The notes under the pieces are model-generated. The model was not told where the DNA came from and searched no databases. It saw only the letters and a list, made by a program, of their open reading frames with translations. A stretch of DNA of 64,000 nucleotides. Origin: Andalucia godoyi And28. Its lineage: Eukaryota; Protista; Jakobida. This document shows positions 19,930 through 30,159 of the stretch, one piece after another. The stretch lies in contig VRVR01000043.1 in NCBI GenBank assembly GCA_009859145.1, forward strand, positions 82,721 through 146,720. Direction: 5' to 3'. The stretch's first letter is position 1. Each line of letters opens with the position of its first letter. The position numbers and the translations under genes are program-made.

Positions 19930-21708
19930 CTAGATGCCGAGCAAGGACACTCCCGATCCGGCACCGAACGTTGTTATGATAAGCAGAAGACCCGTGCCAA
20001 ACAAGTATGCGGCGTCTGCAACAGTACCATACGTGAGAGTGACGCCTGCCACAGTGAACGACAGTTTCGCAATGCGCACGGCACGCACGGATTCAGACAA
20101 TGCTGCAACATCCAATGGATCCATCCAACTCAAGGATGACCCTGCGGTTGCCGATGGCGACGGCGATACCTGCACAGCCGTGCCCCATGATGAAATTCTT
20201 GGAGGGCCGTCCTGCCACATTTTGGTGAGTGAGACCCATCGATTCTCCTCCAATCCCGTGGCAACAAAACGGCGATCCGAAACCCCTCCATTCGACAGTG
20301 CACTGGACACATGCTCTGGCAATCCGTACTTGTCTGACACGGCCTCACAGAGCATCTTCACAGCATCCACCACGGTAGGCGGCTCCTCTGTTTTCTTGCT
20401 GCTAACAGCTGCAGACTGGGAAACATTCGAGAGCGCATGCACGCATTTTGCCTGCGACAACAGTCTGTGCAAGCTCTCTAGCTCTCTGTTCGCAGCTGCA
20501 CTAATGGCCAGCGCGCCAAGCACAATGACTGCTTGAAGGCACAAAATGAGCAAAATAGTAGAAGCGGCCACCGCGTACTTGATCGACAGAAACGTCACCA
20601 GCAAGAATCCCACAAACACCCCAAACATAACGGCTGGAATAATCAACACGGAAAGATACCGCGACAACGACCGGATTGCGTTTGCCAAAGAAAGAACAAG
20701 AACGAGCACTCTGGTAAGCGAAAGTGCAAGCGCCGACGGAGACAAATGTTGTTGCTGAGAATGGGACCGTTGCTGCTGCTGCTGATGCTGCTGATGCTGC
20801 TGCGCATTGATTTTTCCAGTGCTTTTTTGCGACGTGGCCCCGTACCGCTCGGTGAGGCAGCTGAGCAAATGCCCACGAAGAACGCAAGCATATGCACCGA
20901 CATGCACGCCAGACATTGAAAACACGACCAACAAATTTGTGATGTGGATCTGTGAATACAGGACTCCGATAAAGGACGCCATCGAAGTGAATACTTCTGC
21001 AGGAGGATGACTGGAGAATCCTTCGGAGCTCATGACAATGTGATCTGGATCCGGATTGAATATATGCCACGTGGTGCAGAACGGAGAGCACAGTGTTACG
21101 ATTGAGAGGCCGATCCAGTACCTGCGAATACGCATAAATATTGTAGCATCGACGGTTGGAAGCGTAACATAAAAGAGCTCGAATGTGTTTTGCGCCTTCT
21201 TGTTGGACCACAAAACAGCCACCACGAAAATGACGACCCCCGATATTTGGATGATGAATGAAAAAATAGAAGCGAAGAACATCACGCTTCCTGTAGCCTC
21301 CATGGAAAGGCTGTAGTATAGAGAACCAAAAATGGAGGATGCAACGGGACACGAGAACCCCAAGATCGCCGGGGCCGAGTAGATGGCAAAGAGTACCTGA
21401 TCCACGACTCTCGCCAGTTTGCTTCGCTGCGCCTTTTCCGCAGGTGACCGCAAAGCCACTGGATTGACAAGGTGCGTAAGCCGCCACCAAAAAGAAATGT
21501 AAAATGGCAGCGCCGTTGTGCGAGGAAGGCCCATTGGCGAGCTGCCGTGCACGCTTCCCTTCGATGAAGGCGACGATGAGCTCCCTCGGCCGGCATGAGA
21601 CCGCACAATGAGCGCATGCGAGACATGAACAACCAAACTAAGTGCCAGCGAGCACAGCGAAGCAAGAGCAAAACTCGTGCTGACGGTCCATCCATTGATG
21701 TCACTCAT
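19930..21708 (-). CDS. Multi-pass membrane protein, candidate gustatory-receptor-like 7TM ion channel (GRL/7TMIC)
   Basis: 592 aa with 7-8 hydrophobic helices in GR-like order. C-terminal LSFTVAGVTLTYGTV...FGTGLLLIITTF resembles the TM7a/TM7b signature. The CDS is solid; the family call is inference. Confidence 0.6.
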   Translation of the reverse strand: MSDINGWTVSTSFALASLCSLALSLVVHVSHALIVRSHAGRGSSSSPSSKGSVHGSSPMGLPRTTALPFYISFWWRLTHLVNPVALRSPAEKAQRSKLARVVDQVLFAIYSAPAILGFSCPVASSIFGSLYYSLSMEATGSVMFFASIFSFIIQISGVVIFVVAVLWSNKKAQNTFELFYVTLPTVDATIFMRIRRYWIGLSIVTLCSPFCTTWHIFNPDPDHIVMSSEGFSSHPPAEVFTSMASFIGVLYSQIHITNLLVVFSMSGVHVGAYACVLRGHLLSCLTERYGATSQKSTGKINAQQHQQHQQQQQRSHSQQQHLSPSALALSLTRVLVLVLSLANAIRSLSRYLSVLIIPAVMFGVFVGFLLVTFLSIKYAVAASTILLILCLQAVIVLGALAISAAANRELESLHRLLSQAKCVHALSNVSQSAAVSSKKTEEPPTVVDAVKMLCEAVSDKYGLPEHVSSALSNGGVSDRRFVATGLEENRWVSLTKMWQDGPPRISSWGTAVQVSPSPSATAGSSLSWMDPLDVAALSESVRAVRIAKLSFTVAGVTLTYGTVADAAYLFGTGLLLIITTFGAGSGVSLLGI

Positions 21709-22137
21709 TTCTTATAAACGCATCCACAACAAACAAATATGTATGTGTGTATATATGCATATGGATATGGATGTGGATATGAATGTGGGTGTGGATGTAT
21801 ATCTGTGAATCCACGCATGCAACAAGCGTAGTACCACCGCACGCACCTCCTTGCTTACTTGTGGCAGCAAAACCTGTAGCAACAGCTGGAAGACCACAAA
21901 AAAGATATATATGGAAAAATACAGATATTAGTTAGATATTCGGAAAGACATGTGGAAAGCCATTTGGAAAACAAGATAGAGAAATGGGTGATTGAGGAGA
22001 CACGAGAAAAACAGGATTTATGCGATTTCTCTGGGGCGCTTGGAGAGTTGAGACTGGAAACATGTTGCACAGTGTCGACACTTTTCTTCACTACGGGAGG
22101 CGGAGGAGAGGGCGCGGCGGCGCGGCAGTCCGTCAGC

Positions 22138-22773
22138 TTAGAAGGCAGACGCAGGGCGGTTTTCGATCCACTTTGCGATGTTGGGACGGGATTTGACGCG
22201 TTCGACGAGCGCAAGAATTGGGCCAGCTCCTTCGATCTGTTCCCAAGCAGGAGCAATGTTCTTGACGGCTTCGAGAATGTTGTAGATGGCAATGTCGGCA
22301 AGCGAGAAGGACGACCCAAGGAAGTAGTCGTTGTCCCCAAGAAGCTTGTTGAGATAGCGGATATGCATAGGAAGGAACTTTTCGACCATGTCGTCGACGA
22401 CCTCCTGCTTCTTGTCGGCAGCTGCGCGGTACCACTCGGAAAGCTTGGAGCCAATGTCGCTTGCTTCGTCAATGATCATGTCCACCTTCAGTGCATCGGT
22501 GTCGCTGTTTCCAAGAAGATGGAAGCGGCGCGCGACGAACCGGGCGAGGGCAATGGACTGCCCATACACGACTCCGTCAACCTCCAGCACGGGCAGCTGG
22601 CCAAAAGGAGCATATCCAGACGCCTTCAGTGCAGGCCACTCTTCCTGCTCGATCCGATGGTCCGTGTACGCAACGCCGGCTTCGGCGAACACCAGGCGCA
22701 CAATCTCTGCACGGCCGCGGCCTTTGAAGTAGGTAAGCTTGTATGAGGAGGAGGTTGCAGGTGCGGTCGACAT
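22138..22773 (-). CDS. Glutathione S-transferase, sigma-class-like
   Basis: Motifs YKLTYFKGRGRAEIVRL, PFGQLPVLEVDG, QSIALARFVA and SFSLADIAIY. ATG at 22773. Confidence 0.92.
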   Translation of the reverse strand: MSTAPATSSSYKLTYFKGRGRAEIVRLVFAEAGVAYTDHRIEQEEWPALKASGYAPFGQLPVLEVDGVVYGQSIALARFVARRFHLLGNSDTDALKVDMIIDEASDIGSKLSEWYRAAADKKQEVVDDMVEKFLPMHIRYLNKLLGDNDYFLGSSFSLADIAIYNILEAVKNIAPAWEQIEGAGPILALVERVKSRPNIAKWIENRPASAF

Positions 22774-22943
22774 TTCTCTGTTTTGTTTGATTTTTGTTTG
22801 TTTGCTTCTCCTATGCTTTGGCTCTCGGAATGAGGCTTGTTTTCCTTGTTTTTGGCTCAAGAAGACGAAACAGAGCAAGGAATGAAGGAGGGAACGAAAG
22901 AAGAGAAGAGAAGGAGAGCCGGAACAAACGAATAAAAAAAGAC

Positions 22944-22951
22944 TTTATATA
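22944..22951 (-). promoter_or_regulatory. Putative TATA box of the GST gene
   Basis: TATATAAA on the minus strand about 170 nt upstream of the GST ATG. Confidence 0.45.
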
Positions 22952-23756
22952 CAAAAGGCTGCGGGCTGCGGAGGACGATGCGGTTCGTTCGTGCATGTGA
23001 GGTCAAGGATAATGCCGACATTCAATGCCGACTAGGAGGAAAAACATTTTTGAGTTCGAGCCGCATGATGTGGTGGTGCTCGCATGCGTGCGCTGTGGGC
23101 TGCGGCAGGAAGGGGATGCAGCATGCAGCATGCTACGACGGCTTGTCGGGTGCCGTCGTCAATCCCTTTCGACAGGAGACCAGCCCTTGTCGAATGTGTG
23201 CAGCTCCCCGGCCGCCAGCCTCCAGCCACAAGTCATGAGATGCGACGGCAAGGTGAAAAGGCGAGCAGTCAGTGCCGTGCGTGGTGCAGTGAACGACGAT
23301 GCACTCGACATCACATGAAGGGGGTGTGGAGGGGCAATTCAAACATGCAGCAGGGACCGAAATACCCACAATGCAGCCAGGCTCGCGACCCGCCGATGGC
23401 CATCGTGCATGACAAACCTCCAGTCTCCCTGGGCTGTGCAGCGACTGCAAAAAAACATCATCTGCGATGTTCCGGGCTTGCCGTCATACCAGGGATTAAT
23501 CATCCATAAACAACGGCTCAGTACCAGACGCCGCAAAGATGCTGCGACCGTCACTGTCTCGGCTGGGTACGTGTTGAGACTGGAGAGGAAGCAAAAGACG
23601 GCGCGAAATCCTCTTCGCATCGTCCTCGGGGTCATACTGGTATCGCGTTACGGGGACACCACAGCGTATAATTGTGAGTCCTTTACATACAGACAGGTGC
23701 ACCCTGTACACTGTTTTCTGGCTGATTTACATGATTACTGCATTTTCCTAGACGCA

Positions 23757-24074
23757 CTACTTGCCGACGATCGCTGGTTTTTGGATGATGATCATCGTGA
23801 CGTCCTTTTCGGGTGCAATGACGATTTCGTACTGTTCTGATCTAAGCCTGATTGTCTGGACGGTGTCATCGCCAAGAGCGTCCAGCATCCGCACGGCTTG
23901 TCTTCCCTTTGCTACCAAATCACAGATCAGCGCTGCATATGCCAGATCCTGCTGGCGGTCCGGAAGCGTCGACTTTACAGGAATTCCATCTGCATTCAGA
24001 ATAACAATTCCTTCGACTCCAGGAGTCCCGCTCATCCTATTCACAAGCTCATCAACCACTGCAGCTTGCGACAT
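23757..24074 (-). CDS. DYNLRB: Dynein light chain, roadblock/LC7 family
   Basis: 105 aa: GVEGIVILNADGIPVKSTL...YAALICDL...AVRMLD...IRLRSEQYEIVIAPEKD...IIIQKP. Confidence 0.9.
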   Translation of the reverse strand: MSQAAVVDELVNRMSGTPGVEGIVILNADGIPVKSTLPDRQQDLAYAALICDLVAKGRQAVRMLDALGDDTVQTIRLRSEQYEIVIAPEKDVTMIIIQKPAIVGK

Positions 24075-25127
24075 TTCTCAACTCCTCCAAGCTCAAAAAC
24101 TAAAACCAAATGTTTTTCTTTTTTAAAAAGCCTTCCACAACGAAAGAAACCTCTGCGTGACAATGCCCCTCACTTTTTTGTTTTATTAAAAAGGTATAGA
24201 TGATTTATTCCTAAAAGTACTGCGACGAATGCACAGACGGTTGACCGTTTTGTGTATGAGCATCAAACAACATCATACCGGAAGTTTGTTTCGTTTATCC
24301 AACCCTATATGGGGAGATGCGATGCTCCCTACCGTAGTCAAGTCTAGAATTTCTTCAGTCTTCACTTTTCTATTTTTTCTATTACTTTCTGCTTGCTTGT
24401 GTTTCATAATCGAACCCTCGAACAGCACCTTCATTAAAGACAAAGACAAAACATCCATGGCTCCAAAGAGGGGCCTTCCCAGCAAACTCAAATCGGTCAT
24501 GCCCGAAGACACCGAGAACCAAGAAACCCGTTGATTCCCCTCTCGTCGCGACTTGCTGAGCAAGCTGATGATCATCAAATCAAGAAGATGTGATCGATTT
24601 GCGTTCGGAATGCACCTTCTTTCAAGCCAGAGAACAAGAAGGAGCAAAGGCAAAAGCGTCGTTCACCGACTACGTTCTGTTTCCTCCAACGTTCATTTTT
24701 TTTTTAATTAAATGCTGAATCGACTGGGAGAATATGCTGGCTGCGATGACCCTTTGACTGCATGGAAGAGCTGGTGCTCGCCTCAATTAATCAGAGCAAA
24801 ACAGCATGTGGCTTGGATCTGTCTTCGGTGACAGCGTAGCCGATGATGGCCAATAATGATTCATGTTCTGGCGAGCGGCTGGAAAAAAGAAAGCGTCGCC
24901 CACAGCATCAACCGATCGGGCTTGATGCCGACAGAACGCAGCGATCAGTTTCGCCGAGTGCCTTTTTATTATTGAAGTATATATTTATTTTAGAATGTCA
25001 CTGCGCAACCAACCATACACGTATGCACATTCAGCCACACCTATATCGACAGTGACGGTGACAGAGAAAAAAAGACAGAGTCAGAGAGTCCCGTGCATCC
25101 GTATATACAAACAGAAAACGACATAAC

Positions 25128-25298
25128 ATGGCGAAGGGAAAAGGAAAGGCGATTCTCGTAAAGCTGCTTTCGGCGGCAGGAACAGGGTTCTTCTATGTAA
25201 CCACGAAGAATCCTCGTGTTCCGACAAAGCTTGCTTTCCGCAAATACGATCCTATGGTCCAACAACACGTCTTGTTTACAGAAACCAAGCTCAAATAA
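25128..25298 (+). CDS. MRPL33: Mitochondrial/bacterial-type ribosomal protein bL33 (56 aa; below the ORF-track cutoff)
   Basis: Manual translation [56 protein letters not shown], with the bL33 signature L.S.AGTG.FY...KN...KYDP....HVLF.E. Confidence 0.92.
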   Translation: MAKGKGKAILVKLLSAAGTGFFYVTTKNPRVPTKLAFRKYDPMVQQHVLFTETKLK

Positions 25299-25526
25299 CT
25301 ACTCTCTGCCTCTCTCTTTTCGTCTGGCATCCCCCATCAGTCAGTTGGTCAGTCTGCAGCGGAAAGAAGAATATTCCTAGATCAACACAGTTTAATTTGT
25401 AAATGCTCCCGCTTGTGTCGTTACGACTCTTTTCTTTTCTTTTCATATTTCTTTTGATATTCTTTAAAAACAATTAATACTCTATTCGCTGTGACCTTTG
25501 TTCGCGGGCTACCCAGCACCGTGGGC

Positions 25527-27202
25527 TCATGATTCATGGTACGACATGGGAATGCCAGAGCGGCCTTGCTTGATGGATTCTTGGATAGCGTGGGCAGACT
25601 CTCTTGAGGATTCCAGACCTGACCACTGGCGGTCTCGGAGGACATCTGCCGCCGATCTGCCTCGTGCAGACGAGTGAACGGCAAGCGAGGAGTGACGATC
25701 GCGAAGAACAAGCTTACCTGTCATCAGCGACACATCCGATTCTGCCGTCTCATTTTCGCCGTCGTCGGCTGCGTCTGACTCGGATGCCGGCTTGGACGCC
25801 TCCTTTTCCTGAGCGGCTTCTTGTTGTTGTTGCTGTTGCTGCTGCTGCACGTGAAGAAGCAGGTCCTCGGCAAGCACAGCGACTTGGTCCAGCGATGACA
25901 TCATGACGGTAACCGTACCAGCGTTGCTGTCAAAGTACTCCTGCCATAGAGCCAAGAGAAGCTCGTGTGGTGTAATCAGCGGTCGCGAGAAGTCCTTTGA
26001 GTCCACAAGTGTCGTGTACGGACAGCCAAGAACACACCACATATCAACAAACTCGTGAAGATTCGCAAGCTTAGGGACGTTGACCTTTCCTACCGCGACG
26101 ATATGGACTCGCAGGCAGACTGCTCGCAGTAGCTTCTGAAGGGCTTGGATAAGTCGGACCTGCGAGGCGGACGACAAAGTTCCCATCAACAGCCCAATGG
26201 ACGACGACTCCTTCGCACGCTGCATCCAGTAGTAACGCTTCTTGAGCGTTCGGCTCGACAACGTAGCGAGAGAAGACATTGTGTTCAGCAGTGGGTTGTA
26301 GTGCAGAAGCGACCGTGCATACGAGAGCTGTACCATCAAAGAAGGAACATACGATCCGACGACAACAACATCATACTCAGCGATGCTGTTCAGAAGCCAG
26401 GCTTGCATTCCAGTGTCCAAGTGTCCAAGCACGAGAACTCGGTCGATTGCACTCGTCTGGATCGATGCTGTCGTCGACGTCGTTGGTGCTGCTTTTGGTG
26501 TTGACGCGCAGCATTCGGACAATATCCTCTGAAACTGCTCGGCTAGATGGGCGTACGGGAAATCAACCAGAAAAACCGCATTGGACAACGAGCTGGTTTG
26601 AGAGGCAAACTGCAAAATGTCCAGGTGCTGCTGTCGAGTAGGCACAAAGTGGATGCGATCCTGCCTCGCAGCATCGTGGGAAAAGCACGATCGGCCATAG
26701 TGAATCACTGTTTTCGAGTGCACGTGTTCGGCCGCCACAAAGTCCACGCAGCAAGGACCGTATGAAGTGTCAGCAAGGATCGACAGCGAGTACTTTCGAG
26801 ATGTCTCGGACTGCAAGGCATCCACCACTCGTGTGGCGTCGACCAGTAACTCGTCTGGAAATTGTAAACAGATTCTATCGGAAACTCACATCAAAATAAT
26901 AAGAAAATGCAAGACAAGTCAGTACATCATGAACCTCGTGGATGAGAGCAATTTTTCAAGCAATTTTTGTTTTGTTTTTGTTTTGAATAAAGAAGATGAG
27001 TGATGGGGAAAACGTACCTTTCGCCTTCCGGAAACGACTGGATCCACGAAACCGTATCTGGAATCGAGTAAAAGTCGCGAAACGAGATCGAGTTTGGCGG
27101 CTGGAGGTCAAAGGTTGTCACGCAGTGAGCATCGGATGTGTCTTTCCATGACGACGACGATGAATCCACAGGGGTTGCAGTTGCCGAAAAATCCGATCGC
27201 AT
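25527..27202 (-). CDS. DPH2: Diphthamide biosynthesis protein 2; exons 27202..27018 and 26874..25527 (510 aa)
   Basis: Intron 27017..26875 (GTACGT...TACTGAC...GATAG) joins FYSIPDTVSWIQ...ER to ICLQFPDELLVDA. Also LADTSYGPCCVDFVAAEH...IHYGRSC, VGKVNVPKLAN and GRSGIPMSY. Confidence 0.9.
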
Positions 27203-27676
27203 CGCCGATGATAATGCTATATGTATGTTCGACTTTCCTCAATCCAAAAAGCACAACACACCCAAACACACCACCACAATATATGTAGTAGTAATAATAA
27301 CGAGGAAGATATCGGGGATAAAGCATGGAGTGGTCGTCGGGAAATTTGGTTTCGAGAGCGAAAAACCAAATATAGGTGTGGTCGGACGTTTGTGACGCCC
27401 TTCGACACTGGCTGCGACGTCGTATGGTTGCAATTCGTTTGCACACGCACGGGAGGGAAAGTAAACAGACTTTTTAAATAAAAAAAGACCCTTCCAGGTA
27501 GGATATGTAGCAGGCAAGGGGGAAAAGTGAACGCTCTCGAGACAAAAACCCCCAGGGGGCGGTTTGCTGGGATGCCGATGCCAATGCCAACACCGACGTC
27601 CGATGTCCGATGTCCCACGCTCACGCTCACGCCCCCGGACGAAAGAGACCCGCGATACGGGAATGATCATTAATCA

Positions 27677-29464
27677 TCATGAAACGGGATCAGCCCGAGA
27701 GAGCGCCAAAGAACTGGAATGCATTTGGGCTTTGATCTCACGTTCCAGTGCCGATTGGTACGCTTCGTCCGGTGCGAAAATACAAATGATGGAATGGCCA
27801 TTGAAGGTCTTGCCGATCATGCTCTGGACGGCCCGCTTTGCATCTTCTGCTGTATCAAACTCGATCCATATCGGGAACACGCGCGTGGAAAACGCAATGT
27901 CCTTTGCAGGATCGTCTACAAAATCCGGATCGGAGATCGGATCCATTCGATAATTCCGCTTCCGTTCCGTATACGTGTTCTTCTCATGTAGAAGAGAAAG
28001 GGCGTCTCCACGAGGAATCAGTATATTAAGAATGCGGCCGTACCGATCAAGTCCGGCGCGCAAATCCGCTGCAATATCATCCGCAGCACTCGCAGATTCC
28101 ACGTCTTCTGCTTCGACAACATTGCACAAGCATACTATCCGTGAATCCAGCCCGTGCGATTGCTTCAGTGGCCCGACCACATTGGATAGCGTTGTTGAGC
28201 TGTTCAAAACGTGATGCACCGTGAGATTTTCCGGCTTTTCCAATCGTCCCAAAATGATCTGTGTTCCATTCACGGATTGCATTTGCTGATGGGCGCCAAA
28301 TCCAGATCCTGACCCAGACCCAGACCCTGACCCGGACCCTGACCCTGACCCAGCCCCTGATCCTGACCCTGATCCTGACCCAAGGGAAGCAAGTTGAACG
28401 AGCAGTTTTCTGCCATTCGTCTCGATCCCATTTAGCGCGGAACAGGCAGCATTGGCGACTTCCAGACTGGAGAATTCTGCGAATGCGTAGCCTTTCGATG
28501 CATTCGTAACAGGGTCCCTGACAATATGAAATCCCTTGAGCGATCCGGCACCCAACAGCATGTTCTCTAGCGCAGGTTCGGGGAAATCGGATGGAAAGTT
28601 TGCAATAAATACCTTTTCAGGAGTGTCGAAAATATCCGTAGACACAATTCCGCTTGGCTTTGGGAACCCGGGCGCCGAAGCATCTGGCGGCGCCACAAAG
28701 TCCCTTGGTCTTCGAAACCGCAGTTTGCTTGTCTTCCAATGCAGCCCATCCAGCAAGAGAGCCCGGGAACACTGTTCCGGTGTCGCAAAGTCTACAAATG
28801 CATAGTGCCTATCGGGAAACACCTGCACGGAAACAATTCCGTCTTCGCCAACACTTGATCCGCGAATCAAACCGTTGAATCGCGGGAGATCCAAAAAGAG
28901 AGAGTGCTTGAGAATAGAGGAAGAAACCAGGTCTCGAAGAGCGCCATCGGACGCGTCCTTGGGTAAACACCCAACGTACACACGTCTTGTTTGCCTGCCG
29001 TATCCGCTCTGGCTCATCCCGTGCTGCCTTCCATACGAGCCTTCGTTGCCGTACGATTGCTGTGACGGAGGCCTCATACCATTACCATTACTACTATTAT
29101 CATAATTATTATGATAGCTGCTAGTATTATAGTAGTAGCTGCTACCAGCGTTGCTGTTATAATTGCTACTGTTGTTGTTGCTACTGCTGCTGTAGTTGTT
29201 GGCATAATGAAGCGAAGAAGGCATTGACGATGGCATTGAGGACGCCGATGATGGCAATGACGACAGGGGTACGGAAGGATTTCGGAGCATTGGATGCAAC
29301 AAGTGGGCAGGAAGATCTGACGCAGTGAGATCCCACCCAAGCCCGAGCTCACGCCGCCGCGCATTGCGTCTTGATGTTTCCACTGGGTCACTGGACCATC
29401 TAATCGCAGAGCCTCGGACGTCGTCGCCTCTTCGATCTCTGTAGTTGTCACTGGAGCGCGACAT
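27677..29464 (-). CDS. U2AF2: U2AF large subunit (U2AF65)-like splicing factor, divergent
   Basis: ULM-like RRR..GWD; RRM1 RRVYVGCLP/YAFVDF; RRM2 KVFIANFP/RDPVTNASKGYAFAEF; C-terminal UHM-like SRIVCLCNVV...IWIEF...GKTFNG. ATG at 29464. Confidence 0.82.
   Translation of the reverse strand: MSRSSDNYRDRRGDDVRGSAIRWSSDPVETSRRNARRRELGLGWDLTASDLPAHLLHPMLRNPSVPLSSLPSSASSMPSSMPSSLHYANNYSSSSNNNSSNYNSNAGSSYYYNTSSYHNNYDNSSNGNGMRPPSQQSYGNEGSYGRQHGMSQSGYGRQTRRVYVGCLPKDASDGALRDLVSSSILKHSLFLDLPRFNGLIRGSSVGEDGIVSVQVFPDRHYAFVDFATPEQCSRALLLDGLHWKTSKLRFRRPRDFVAPPDASAPGFPKPSGIVSTDIFDTPEKVFIANFPSDFPEPALENMLLGAGSLKGFHIVRDPVTNASKGYAFAEFSSLEVANAACSALNGIETNGRKLLVQLASLGSGSGSGSGAGSGSGSGSGSGSGSGSGFGAHQQMQSVNGTQIILGRLEKPENLTVHHVLNSSTTLSNVVGPLKQSHGLDSRIVCLCNVVEAEDVESASAADDIAADLRAGLDRYGRILNILIPRGDALSLLHEKNTYTERKRNYRMDPISDPDFVDDPAKDIAFSTRVFPIWIEFDTAEDAKRAVQSMIGKTFNGHSIICIFAPDEAYQSALEREIKAQMHSSSLALSRADPVS
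28301..28381. repeat. Degenerate hexamer repeat encoding a (GS)n linker in U2AF65
   Basis: CCTGAC/CCAGAC-type units on the plus strand; GSGSGSG... in the protein. Confidence 0.9.
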
Positions 29465-30159
29465 TGGAGGGAAAAGCCGATTGTGCCCAAGAACCCAATG
29501 CAAATTTTTTAAATAAATATACATGCATGTACATATAATAGAAACTATAAATGAATAAAATGATTATAAATTATGAAGCAGGGCCAAAAGGCCTCGATGA
29601 CGTCGATCTACGGCAGTCGGAGCACGCATTTGAGTCTCCTCTCCTCTCTGGAGTCTCGAGTCTCAAAATGGAAGCAACACCCGCCTTTAATGAAGTTTTT
29701 GTTTACAGGCAGGACGGACGTCTAGGGTTTGCAGACTCCTTTTTCCCCTCAGCTTCTTGGGCAGCCCAAAAACCCTAAGAGTTGGGCTCAACGATGCCGG
29801 ACTTTTCCTGTGTAAACGAATCAAAAAATTCCTCACACCTCTGCCTGCAATACGCTGCCCATTGCTCTTCCTTTTGTGCTTTCTGCTAATTCTGCTTTGT
29901 CTTTTCTTTTCTTTTCTTTTCTTCTTTTCTTTTCTCCTTTTCTTCGTGATCGGTCTCCGTTCCCCGCCCCCAGCTCTCCCCTGTGCGGTCCTCGCACGCC
30001 CTTTGCACGCCCTTAAGCACGTTTCGTGCTGCGCCATTTCTCATTCATTTCATCGAACTGCGGTTTTGTCGTGTTTCAGAATCAGTTCATTGATTGTTTG
30101 CAGTTTGGCTACTTCACGAATACCTGTGCTTTTTGGAGTGTGCGAGCGGCTTTGATATT

